Origin: Ascidiella aspersa
Lineage: Eukaryota
NCBI GenBank assembly: GCA_963924565.1
Contig: OZ004615.1
Coordinates: 3,286,001 to 3,350,000 of the forward strand
DNA: 64,000 nucleotides
Reading direction: 5' to 3'
In this document: positions 39,601-51,600 of the stretch, one piece after another
Layout of the letters: each line of letters begins with the position of its first letter
How positions within the stretch are numbered: the first letter of the stretch is position 1
Position numbers and translations under genes: made by a program
Notes under the pieces: model-generated
The model's database searches: none
What the model saw: only the letters and a program-made list of their open reading frames with translations
Told to the model about the DNA's origin: nothing

Positions 39601-42600
39601 ATGCTTTCATTTATACATTGACCTAATGAAGCACAGTTATGCAAAAGCTTGTCGAGAATTCTATACAATTTGTCTATATATAGTGCCACCTGATTCCTCT
39701 ATTTAGAATTAGACAAATACGGTCATTTAGAAAGATCATAACTCAGAATTCAGGTTCATAAAAATTTCGTCCCACATTTTATAAGTCAATTACTTTCTCA
39801 TTACATTAACAGTCGATTACTTCTCAAGTCTCATTAAAGATAGTAAAAGTTCGTATCACAACGTCTTGATCAAGATGATATCGATCTATTCGACCTTTTT
39901 TGCTTTGCAATTCATTTTCGAACTACAAAGATTATTATTTTTAAATTTCTCCAACAATATTTTAAAACATGTGCAAATTCTTGAAAGAAAATCCAAAATT
40001 TCTACAAAACCGCTTTCAGGAAACGACGGCTGGCGACCTTTCGGGAAGGATGGACATGCCTAATGAGATAGAGCTGGAAATTAACCCGGTCCGTTTGTCC
40101 GACTCTGGTCGTTACGAGTGCGTGGTAACCTACAGAGGCCACTCTAGTGCTCCGGTCACCCACAGGGCAAGAATATTGGCGGTGAGTAGCGATGTCCGAT
40201 AATATCGGATCGGAGCCGATACCCGATGCCGAGTTAGAGTATCGATACTCGAACGATAATTGGGCGGTATCGATAAATGCCCGATACTTTGCTGATATCG
40301 CCAATCGTCCGATACTATGCTGGTATCGGTAATCGTCTCATAAGAGCTGTAGTTGTATGATCTAAATCTCGTTTAAAAGTGCCACCCGATATACAGACAA
40401 TCAACTACTTCTGATGAATAAATTACTATTCAAACCGACAACCAACGAGCAAATTTGACGAATTTTAAAATACCTGACTGTTAAAACTGCTTTTAACTTG
40501 GTTACAATGAAAGATACGCACTCATACGTGTTTAACAACTGTGATAAATGCCTTCTAAAATCCCTTTTTGATTAACGATAATGGCCTACGTATCATAGTA
40601 CACCAAAAGCCATTGCAGACTCACCGAATCAGTTGATCAATGTGAAAGCAAGGTAGGCTAAAGAGAGCCTCTAGGGTGGTGGAGCTCCCCTGGGCCGGAC
40701 TTGACTCCACGCCTTTCCCGGGGTTCATGGCCACAACGTCGACGTAGTAGAGTGTGTCAGGGAAAAGGTCTGAGTCAGAGGATAGGTTAATTTATTTATA
40801 AGTAAGTTGAAAAGTTAGTTTAGTTTTTAATGATTGGATCGTTTTGAAGTTCGCGGGAACGAGGGATTATTGGATCATGGTTTTTTTCGAGGCCGTCCGG
40901 AGGTCGTGAGTTCGAACCTCGGTGCAGGCTAGTTGTTTTTCTAGCCTACCTTGCTTGCATCATTGATCGAACGATTCAGTGAGTCTGCTATGGCTTCCGA
41001 TGTACACCTTACAAAGTTGAAGTTTAACCTCGTTTTGTTGCACACAGACCTACAACTTGGGCGAGTGGATTCCAGCGCCGCAAGTGACCAACTCTCAAAC
41101 CGACACAGTCGAACTCACGTGGGACGCACCTGACGAAAGAGTAACTGAATACATCGTGAAGTACACGTAAGTAGAACAGGCCTTATGGATGCTCGATTAT
41201 TTAATTGCGACACCGATACCCGATATATTTTGGACAAAACGTATGGCGATCCGATACCAAATGACGTCATTCATATGCTCCAACAAGCCAAATAGGTTAA
41301 ATTTAAACGTTCAAACGCTTTTTTTCATGTTATTTGGCCCAAATTTGCTTTAAAGTCAAAAAGTTTAGTTACCTCCTGTTGTTAACCTCGGCTACTATCA
41401 TTTTCCATAACTTTACCTTTCAAGTTTGAATCGGTGCGTTGGATCTCGCCTTGAAGGTTTGAAGCGAATTAGGTTTTAAGAACTAGGAATGTCCGATAAT
41501 ATCGGATCGGGTTCGATACCCGATGCCAAGTGCTAGTATCGGTACTCGTCCGATAATATCGGATCGGAGCCGAAACCCGATGCCAAGTGCTAGTATCGGC
41601 ACTCGTCCGATACTAGGGTGATATCGGTGCCGATTCGATACTAAATTAACATAGGTATTTTGACTTTGTCACCCAATGCAGGAATTTCTACGTTAAATAG
41701 TATATTCTCAAAAAAACTAGGCCAACAACTGATGGTGGTTAAATTATTTCAAACTATCAAAGATGTTGGCCATACAACCTAAGAAAATTAACCTTAAACG
41801 TTTTAATTAAAACTATTTTGTTTATTTAGGCATAGTTGTGACGTCATTGGTATATGGTAGGTGGCACTATATAAAGACAAAATTGTAAAAGCTTTCGCAC
41901 AACCGTGCCTCATCTGGTCAAAGTGATAATTTGTCTTTATATAGTGCCACCTGATTCCTCTATTTAGATTTGGACAAATACGGCCATTTACAAAGATCAC
42001 TTTATGTTCGTTCACGTTTATATTTTTACCAGCAACGTGGATCGTGAAAACGAGGAGCACACAGTCACAGTGAAGAACCCCTCGGTCGAACTCGACCAGC
42101 TTTCGCCTTCAGCCACCTACCGCATCACCGTCATACCTGTCGTGTGAGTTTTCGGGCTTTTGGTGGTGTAGACGTGCGGGAACGGCGTTTGCGCACCGCA
42201 TTTTGCCATCGCTTTCTACTAATGCTTGACACGCGGTACAAAACTTGACGTCATATTAAAAAAAACGCTTTGCCACAACTGAGTATACCAATATTTTAAA
42301 GCAAGTAATATACCTATTTCAATACGATTGAATTTTTAACATCGAATATTGAAAATCAAAATCCAATGAACTAAGTGATTTGGGATAAACTTAATTCTTG
42401 TTGAATAAAAGCAACAACGGTTGTGTTTATAAGATATTCCCAAAATGGCATAAATGTACTCGCTTGATAAGAAATATTTTCAAATTTTAAGGTAAAACAA
42501 TTCAATTGCCATTAAACTTAATGGCTTATTTTATATCACGACCGTAACGTTTTTAAAGTATTTTTTTACTTATAGCGAGCCACTTTTACTGTTAGTGGCA

Positions 42601-45600
42601 ACTCGAATACATCCGAATATAAAATTTTAGTATTTTTTTAAATAGCCTCATGGACAACTTACTACAATGAACCCGTGGCCAATTAATTAGCCTTGAACTG
42701 TTTTCTAAAGCCAACCAAAGACCTAACTTTAACCTAACCCTTCACAAGGGACGGAACACAAGGCGAATCCACCACATTCGAAGTTATCAGGGGTCAGGAC
42801 GGTCAGTCGGTCATTGGTCAGGTTCCAGGGGGTCCAGGCCCACTCGGGGACGACGAACCTCTCTTCACAACAGCCCCCCAGGCCACGACGGCCCCAACCG
42901 CGGCCCCTCTCGTGGCCCCAAGACCCCCTTCCCGGCTCCAGTTTGAATCGAAGGGTACAACATCGGTCACTGCAAGGTGGACAACACTTTTCGGACCAAC
43001 GGTGGACAGTTACAGGTTGGTTGGTTGGTTGTGGTAATGACTTATGCCAATGTCATATAAGTCAATGACAATGAGTGACTTGATTCAAGTGCACTTATGT
43101 CGCTATTTTTAAATAACTTGACTTGACTTATGATAGAAAAAATCGATAAAAACTCAATGATTATGTTAAAAGATTTAAATATCTATAAAGTTTCTTAAAG
43201 CAAAGTTGTAAACCTATGTTATTTTTTCGAACAGAGTGGAATACAAGCCGGTAGGTTCTCTCGAAGCACCTACAACACTAAGAACACGGAACAACTACTT
43301 GCGAGTGACGAACCTGGAGCCTGGTGAAAACTACACTTTCAGTGTTCGTTCGATTCAAGACGGTCTCGAAAGCATTCCTATCACTGCGATAGTCTCTCCG
43401 TGTAAGAACCAGATCAATAACCCACTTAATAATGTTTGTCAGAGTTATTTTTTATTAGGTCTGAGTCCGTTGAAAACAACCCGAGTCCAACTCCGGGAAA
43501 ATATTTAAACTCGAGTCCGAATCCCGACTACAACTCGACAGCTTGTATTCCACTGATTAACGCAACTAAAATAGAGTTAATATACAGTAATTCCAATAAA
43601 GAGGTCGTCATAAAACTCACTCACATATAGTTGGAAAAACATTTAACTATTTGCTATTCAACTTTTACAACTTGCAATTTGCGGCAGCCATACTTTCAAG
43701 TAATGGGATTTGCATAAGCCTTGGTCTTTATTTGATGCAAAGTTTTCGTTGTATTTTTTTGAGTCTACGAAACCAATCTTTATAGTGTAGAAGTCGGCTG
43801 ATTATGAGTTCTCATTAATACCTTGTTGCCCCGATCAATCACCTAACTTCTACAATGGGTAAACGGGTATACATAAAAGTGTAAAAAGTTTTTTATCAAT
43901 ATACCAAATTGTAAACAATGGTTTTACGATTTATCTGTCACTAACAGTCGGCGTAAATGTCATGCCAAACTGTCAATAGACATGTCTTTCATCATATTGA
44001 GCTCTGAAACCACCAACGACATTTCCAATTTACGACAAAACCTGCACTGGCCACTTGCCATCCACCTAAACACCAACTGTTCATGGCTAAATCGGAACTC
44101 GGTTTTATTTTGCCTTCCATTACATAAAAAGCAAATAATGTTTGCAAATTAAAAAAAAATAGTTTTTTTTTCTAACATCATTTCTCCAAACTGCCCAAAA
44201 AACATTTATTTTCTTATACTTAACACTGAAACCCACAATAAAATTTAACAATTACTACAATTGGCTACTCGCTATCTACCTAAAAGATAACCATTCATAT
44301 CAAAATCGGAATCTCGATTTTGTTTTGCTCTCCATTCTATAAAGTACATAATATAGATGATTTAGAAATGTTTAGAAACTGTGTTTTCCTCCAACAAAAT
44401 TTAACTCAGTTCTAGAATGCTACCACTTTTATACAATAGCGAAAACAAGTTGTTCAAAATGAAATTGCAAGAAATAAGCAAACATTGGGAAATAAATATA
44501 ATAATAATACCGGACCCACACAAACCTAAACGCTAACTCTCACCCTAACCCACATATTGTTATCAATATAAACCCCCGGACAAAAATATGGTAGGATTCT
44601 CAGTAAAGTACCCAAATATTGTTCCATACACATACCGCATCGGAAGCATACTGGCTTCTGGCTATCTACCTAAAAGCAAACCATTAGTGGCAAAAATCGG
44701 AATCACAATTTTTTTTAGCTCTCCACTTCCAACAACATTTAGCGCTGTTGAAGAATCCTACCACTTTTTCTAGAGTAACGAAACGAGTTGTCAAAAAAGA
44801 AATTGCAAATACTTGCCCCAGCCAACCCAAACCCTTGCTCGCACTATATCCCAAATATGGTTAGCAATATAAACCCGGATAAAACGGGGTAGGATACTAG
44901 ACCAGCGCTAAATGTTGTTGAAGGAAGACACATTTTATAAACATTTCTAAGTCATCTATAACATTTCTCCTACGCAGATCGCATCGGTAGCATTTTGGTG
45001 CAAGTAGAGAAGAATCGACGTCATTACGAGGTCGGCGACGACGCCACGCTTCAGTGCCGATATGACGTCGATACGCCAGGCAAGGCTGTGATCACGTGGT
45101 ACAAGCTGGGAGTCGGTCAAGCCAAGGACCTGATAATGACATACGACACTGCAACAGGGGCTCAAGTAAGTGTTGATCTTTGTTTGATCTTGATCGTTGT
45201 TTTTGAGTGCAGACACTCAGGAAAATTGTTGTATTTATTCCAATGCCAATGAAGGATTCCTACACATACGTGTACAACGACTGTGATCTCGACTCCCGGG
45301 TCCAGAGTCTTACACCGGCCAAATGTGCAAGTTCGTCGAGTCCCAGTTGGGCTCAGACTCTCAAATCTGTACGACATGACGAAAATCTTTAAAACGATTT
45401 GCGCATTGAAATGTTTTTTAATAATTTTTAAATTTGTTTGTGTTTTAAAAAGTCACGAAAGTCAAGAAATAAAACAATTTAGTATTTTTTTTTGTGTTGG
45501 CCCTGGCACTTGTGGAGTTTTGTTTTCAAATTACCTTCGAAAGAAAGTCGAGTGGTCTTATTTGAGGGTTCAAAACCCGTTTTTTTTATAAAGTGTGTCG

Positions 45601-48600
45601 CAACCCTGTTGCTATCGCATTTCCCATATTTCGTGTTTATCTCTTAAACCAACATTTCTCTCCATACTTTATTCACATTTTAAACACAGACGGTGGAGCC
45701 AGGGGAATTCCGGGGTCGAGTGACGTCATCTGACGGCAGGGACTTCCGCATCGCCGACCTGGGGCCGACCGACGGGGGCACCTACGAGTGTAAGGTGACT
45801 TACCCCACAGGAGGGGGCTCGGGACGCACCGATGTCGTCTTGACCGGGAGACCTTATCCAGTAAGTGCAATGTAGGGTAAAAACACAAGTTTATTTCGAT
45901 GTACTTTTAAGTGAAACTTTGAAGTCCAAAAAGTTGCAATTTCCAAAAAGCAAATGCAATATTTGCTTAAAACAGCGTTTCTACACAGTCTTTGAATCTT
46001 CAGAAGTCTTTCTATGTTTTAATTGATTTCTGAAAAGACTTTAAAAAAGGGTTTGGAGAACCCTACATTTTTTCAAAATATTTTGATTTCATTTTTTCGT
46101 GTAGCTTCAAGTTATGTGTTAAGTAAGTGCGTTTCTGAAACAACTTTTTAACTTTGTTTTATTCTGCTGACCATGGCATTTTTACTGTTTTGCTTTTTAA
46201 TTATACTAAAAAACGTCGAACGATCCTATTTTAGTTCTTCGAAAGTTTTTGAACGACAATTATTTTCATAAAACTGCTTGGCAACCTGTTAAATCGGTCG
46301 TTCAAATTTACCATTTTCTTGCATTCGTGGGATAAACATATAAATACGGCATAGTATCTGCTAAGTATGATTACAGCAGAATGAACCTTCGGATTTATTT
46401 TCCTTGTAAACTTGTGCATTTAGTGAGAGTAAGCGACTTTGTTTGTTGTTCAGGTGATCTACACTTCGTCCAATTACAGCGACTGGCAATCGAACTACAC
46501 ACTTTCGTGGAGAACTGTTGGACCCACTCCCGACAGTTTTATACTCCAAATCAGAAGGGTAAGCACAACACCAAACGACGTCTTTTTCATAATCTTGTAA
46601 GCAAATATTGTTTATATTTAAACGTAAAAGAATAATATTGTTAGTCCACAATTGCGTTTCAAGCACGGTTATTTTCATTTTATTAGTGTTTAAACTATGG
46701 TACAAAAAAGAAATTGTCACTTGTTGTAAACAATAATCAAAGTTGTCTTTGGAATAACAAAATTTGCCTGAATCCGAATGGTGAAAACAAAGAATTTTGG
46801 TGGCATATCAATGAGAAAGATTAAACTAAGTTCTGTAATTTGTTGCAAACAAGTTATGAAAGGACTGAAGTCCCAGACAAATCATTTGCAAAATACCTTA
46901 AATCAAGTTCAAGTCATTCTCGAGAATTAGATAGTCAGAAAATTGATAAACTCACCCAATCATCAGCGTTATTTGACGCAGAACCCCCCAAACTAAACAA
47001 ATATTGCAGCAAAGTGTTTTACGCAAAATAAAAAGAAACTTAAGTCAAGAAAATTCATTTGAAAACAGTGTCTTAATTGCATGTAAGCCAAGGCATTTGA
47101 AAACAGTGACTTAAGTCAAGAAAAATCATTTGAAAAGAGTGACTTAAGTGCATTTAAGTCAAGTCATTGGAACACAGAAACTTAAGTGCACTTAATTTGA
47201 GTTAAGTCATTCGAAAACAGTGACTTAAGTCATTACAACACTTATCCCAACATTACTTTTTTCTGTTTCCAGCGTGGATCAAGCAGTGGAAAGTACACGA
47301 CCTTCAGACCTCCAGGTCGGGCTTCGTCCTTTTTATTCCGTGGCCTGAAGCCAGGACGTACGTACGAGGGCAATATGGTGGCGGTAAAAGGAAGACATCA
47401 GTCACAACCTTCCGACTTTCACTTCACCACAGCGGCATCGGTACGTAAATGGCAATATGCTTCTTTTTTGCGGTTAACTATTATAAAATATGACTACGCA
47501 AGTGACTTGTGAAATAAGTTAAGAAGTCCAAGTCACGAGTTGCAAGTCCCAATTACTATTTCAAAAAATCTGACTATGCAAATTGTGCGGTTTTTATAAA
47601 TTAGTAGTGAAGGAACATTTATTAAGCCAACAACTAAAGATGTAACATTTCTAGTAGATCATCTTCGTTTTTTTCAACAAAAGATCTTGCTTCAAAATTA
47701 ATACCAGAACCCAATAGTTCCAGTGAATCGACCTTATCTTAATGAAAACTATAGCGATTTAAATCATCATGGCTGAAATCACTTGTTCTAATACAAACTC
47801 AACAACCGTTACGTTTGCGATTGGCTACTAACGGAACGTTTATTAGGCAACATTACTGCCATGCAAGATCACAATCAATTATTTCATTTTATTCAAGGGG
47901 CTACCGCACCCACCAACCGGTGTGAAATTGTCCGGTGCTTCCCCGAATCAAGTGAGCGTGACGGTTTATGGCCCAAGGCAAATATTCGACTACTACAGGA
48001 TCCGATATGGCCCTAAGACCCCGGTGCCAGGCGTACCAGATAGAGTAAGTATAAGTAGTTAAATATTGAAGCACATTAGCATATAAGGGATCTCCGGCGG
48101 ACAAAAATATTTATAAAAAGATGTTCACTTTACAAATCGGTTAGTAAAAATCAGGTACAAGAGTACTGTATCAAATCATTTTTTAGATTAGAGATAGGTG
48201 AAACATCATATTCGTTTAACTAAAAATCGCGCAAAAAAAAAAAAAAGGATTTTTTACATCGATTATAACAAATCAGATACAAGAGCATGAAATAATTTCT
48301 TATAGTTTACTTGGCAACTACAGATACGTGAAACACATTCGTATAAAGTAATCTCTTGTGGAGACAAAAAAAGAAAGATTTTCACTTTTATGAATCCAAT
48401 TGCATTACAAGGGTCAACCTACCAGCATAAACAAGTAAAATGTTAAAAGACAAAATTAATAGTGCGTTTGAGTAAATTAATAGTTAGGGAAATTTTGTTA
48501 AAACGTTTAGACAATTTTGTTCAACTATTTCCAGCTTAAAACTGCGTTTTTAAGAAAAAAAAAGCTATCTTATTTGGCATCGGTTTCGCACCGATACAGC

Positions 48601-51600
48601 CCTAGTATAGGACAGGAAACGATAACAATAACAACTGATTTTGTTTGTCTGTATAAAAAAAAGAAAAGACGACCCTGTACTATATGTCATCCATTTTTTC
48701 GCAAGCTTGCTAATTTTGATAAAGTTTCAAAAGCCAATGTTTTAATTTGTGATAAAAGAATAGAATTCGCCCGAACTCCAAAGTAGTGCAAATCAACATA
48801 TAAACATCAAGGGGTGCAAGCAAAAAACAGCATTCCGGCCAAATAGCCTATAGGCACCGCCTGAGGCTATTTACCCGGCTAACAAAGTATTTTAAATCAA
48901 TTTTCGAAAAAACATCGAAATTATGCTAACACGAAAGATTAAATCTAACACTATCATCACCCAAACTCCAACCCTAACCCAAATCACATAAAAAGTTACA
49001 AATTGGTGCAAGCGTAATGCAACGATTCGGTCAAATAGCTTCTCAAAAAATGTTATATTCCAGGTTGTACAAGGCAGGAACCCTTCGGACATTCTGACCT
49101 TGGACAACATGCTCCCCGACACCCAATACGTCATCGATGTGACTACAGTACGCGGCAACGAAGAATCGGAACCCTACAGAGGAGCCCTGACTACACCGAA
49201 GGTATAAATTGACTTTGAAACTGTTAAAACAATACAACTCAAAGTTTAAAAAACAGAGTAAAATCAGGATCAGACATTTTTTTAAAAGGAATATATATTT
49301 CGCCAATACTGGCATCGTCAGTTCCTTAATTCGAATGAAAACGTCTGATCTTGATTTTACTCTGGTTTTTAAACTTTGAGTTTTATTGTTTATATACGCG
49401 TCAGCGGAACAGTGATCGACAAGCAGAAACCTCCTGCCAATGATTTTGGATTCCATAACGAAACGCCCTTCCATAACGATAAATATAGTTTTGTAACAAG
49501 TCTGATAAACTGCTTGTCTGTTGGATTTTTTTATTTGGTTTAAAACAGTGCTTCTCAACCTTTTAACCCCCTCAGAAATAACAAATAGATTGCGGCACCC
49601 CTACAAGATTTTCCGTAGGTAATTTACTAGAATGTCACAATAAACGGAACTGGAACAGCATCAACTCTACACAACCTAGGAAGTTATTATTGGATTTATT
49701 CCACTCTAATTTTACAAAAAAAGTTGTAAGAGTAAGGCAAAGTTCAGATTCTTAAAGATTCTCAAATATCTCTCGGCAGCCTTGAGCATTAAAAATGGCA
49801 CCTAGGGTACTGCGGAACCCCGGTAGAGAACCACTGGATTATTTTTTTAAAACGTTTTACGTTAACGCCAGGCGCGTCTAGTGTGAAACAACCTTAAACT
49901 TTTCAAGAACATCACGTTAACGTCGAGGTTATTATTTTTCTTGTTATTCACTAGGTTGATTTTACAATTCATTAATCTGTGCGACTATCGATTTTTTCCG
50001 GAAGATTTATCATTAATTTGGGGGGCTGAGGGGGCTGAGGGCCCTAAGTTTTCGCTAGGGATACTCGGAGCACCCCGAATTCGGCGTCCATTTTCAAAAC
50101 TTTTTGGTAAAATATGAAAACTTATAATTTACGAATTCAACATAAATCCTTTGTTTTCGGATGAAATTGAAACAATTTAGTTGTAAGAATTTTCGATCGG
50201 CACCATAGTAAATTATACGGAAGACAATAAAGTATTTAATAACCTTTAAACTGCGATAAAGGACTTGAAAACGTTCGGCCATGGTTTGTAAATGCAAAGC
50301 GTTTTTTACTCTCCAACACAACGCCTTATATATTTTATTTTCTTGTTAGCCTCGACCAGCCGCTCCAACCAACCTTAACATTGTTCAACTCGAGCCGAGG
50401 GAAATCACCTTTGACGTCACTGGGCAGCAAGATGACGACACAGAGTATGAGATTAAGTATCGACCAACCACCGGCATTACCGAAGAAGTAATAACTGTAG
50501 GGTTATTCTTTTTTCAACTAAAAATGAGAAATTTTGATCTAAAAATTGAAACTTATTCCGATGGGACATGCACACATATGTGTGTTAATAACTGAGATCT
50601 AGCCCTTCTGAATTTTCTTTGTGACCAACGATTACGGCTTACGTATAATTAGTACACCGAAAGCCTACACTAGCCTGCCCTGCTTGCATCATAGATCAAC
50701 AGATTTGGTGAGTCTGCAATGGCTTTCGGTGTACTTATTCCGATAGGTTTAGATTCTACTCTGTCATGGTTATTACTGCGTATTTGGTTTGGTATGTCGT
50801 TGATCCTTATACTATGTTATAATAGACAGTGTTTTAATGACTTAGTCAATGCATTCAAATAACGGCTTTTAAATGACTTGACTTAAGTCTTGGTAAAATT
50901 TCTTGACCTGATGACTTTAGTCTTTTGGACAAATGGCTTGGGTTGAAATGAAATGTTTTCATTGTACATTTCATTCTAAATTTGTATTTATCTCAAGTTT
51001 TGCATGCAAAACGATTAGATTGTTACATTTTGTTGTTGTTTTTTTAGTTGAATAACTGCTTATGATTGAACGATATTAAAAATTTCAATGGTTTGTCGGC
51101 CTATTATTATATATCAGTGATTTGACTTGAAAATGACTTGCTCTAATTATGACTTGACTGGGACTTGACTTGGGCAACTGATGACTTGACTGGGACTTGA
51201 CTTGTTATTTTTTCAAAAACTTCACTTGGACTTAAGTTAATTCATAAATGACTTGGCTGGGACTTAAGTAAATTCAAAATGACTTGTTTACAACACCGAG
51301 TGTAGGTCCTAATGCAATGGTATTATATTATAATATATGTTGTTCCTTTGTAGGTATTTTACATTGTTTATGCTTGTGTGTGTTGCAGCAAACCTACAGG
51401 ACTGCGCCTGGCGTGAACAGAGTGGTTCTCAACCTGGAGCCGGACACTCAGTACCGAGTTACAGTACAGGCTGTGTCCGACGGTGGTCAAAGATCCCCTA
51501 TTCTAAGCACCTTCATCGAAACGCCCCCTGTAAGTAAAGCATAGCTTTGAAGGGGACATTTTTATACCAGCGCTTTCCCACCGACGACTTAAATATCTAG

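Noticed and set aside
39456-40769. The two antisense FN3 pieces as consecutive exons of an intact nested minus-strand gene
   Set aside because: The order is compatible, but the 40769 piece has no donor and no start or further minus-strand exons were found; they are treated as fragments.
49043-49558. 171-aa minus-strand ORF and similar ORF-track entries
   Set aside because: Low-complexity read-through of introns, repeats or exon antisense; no protein signature.
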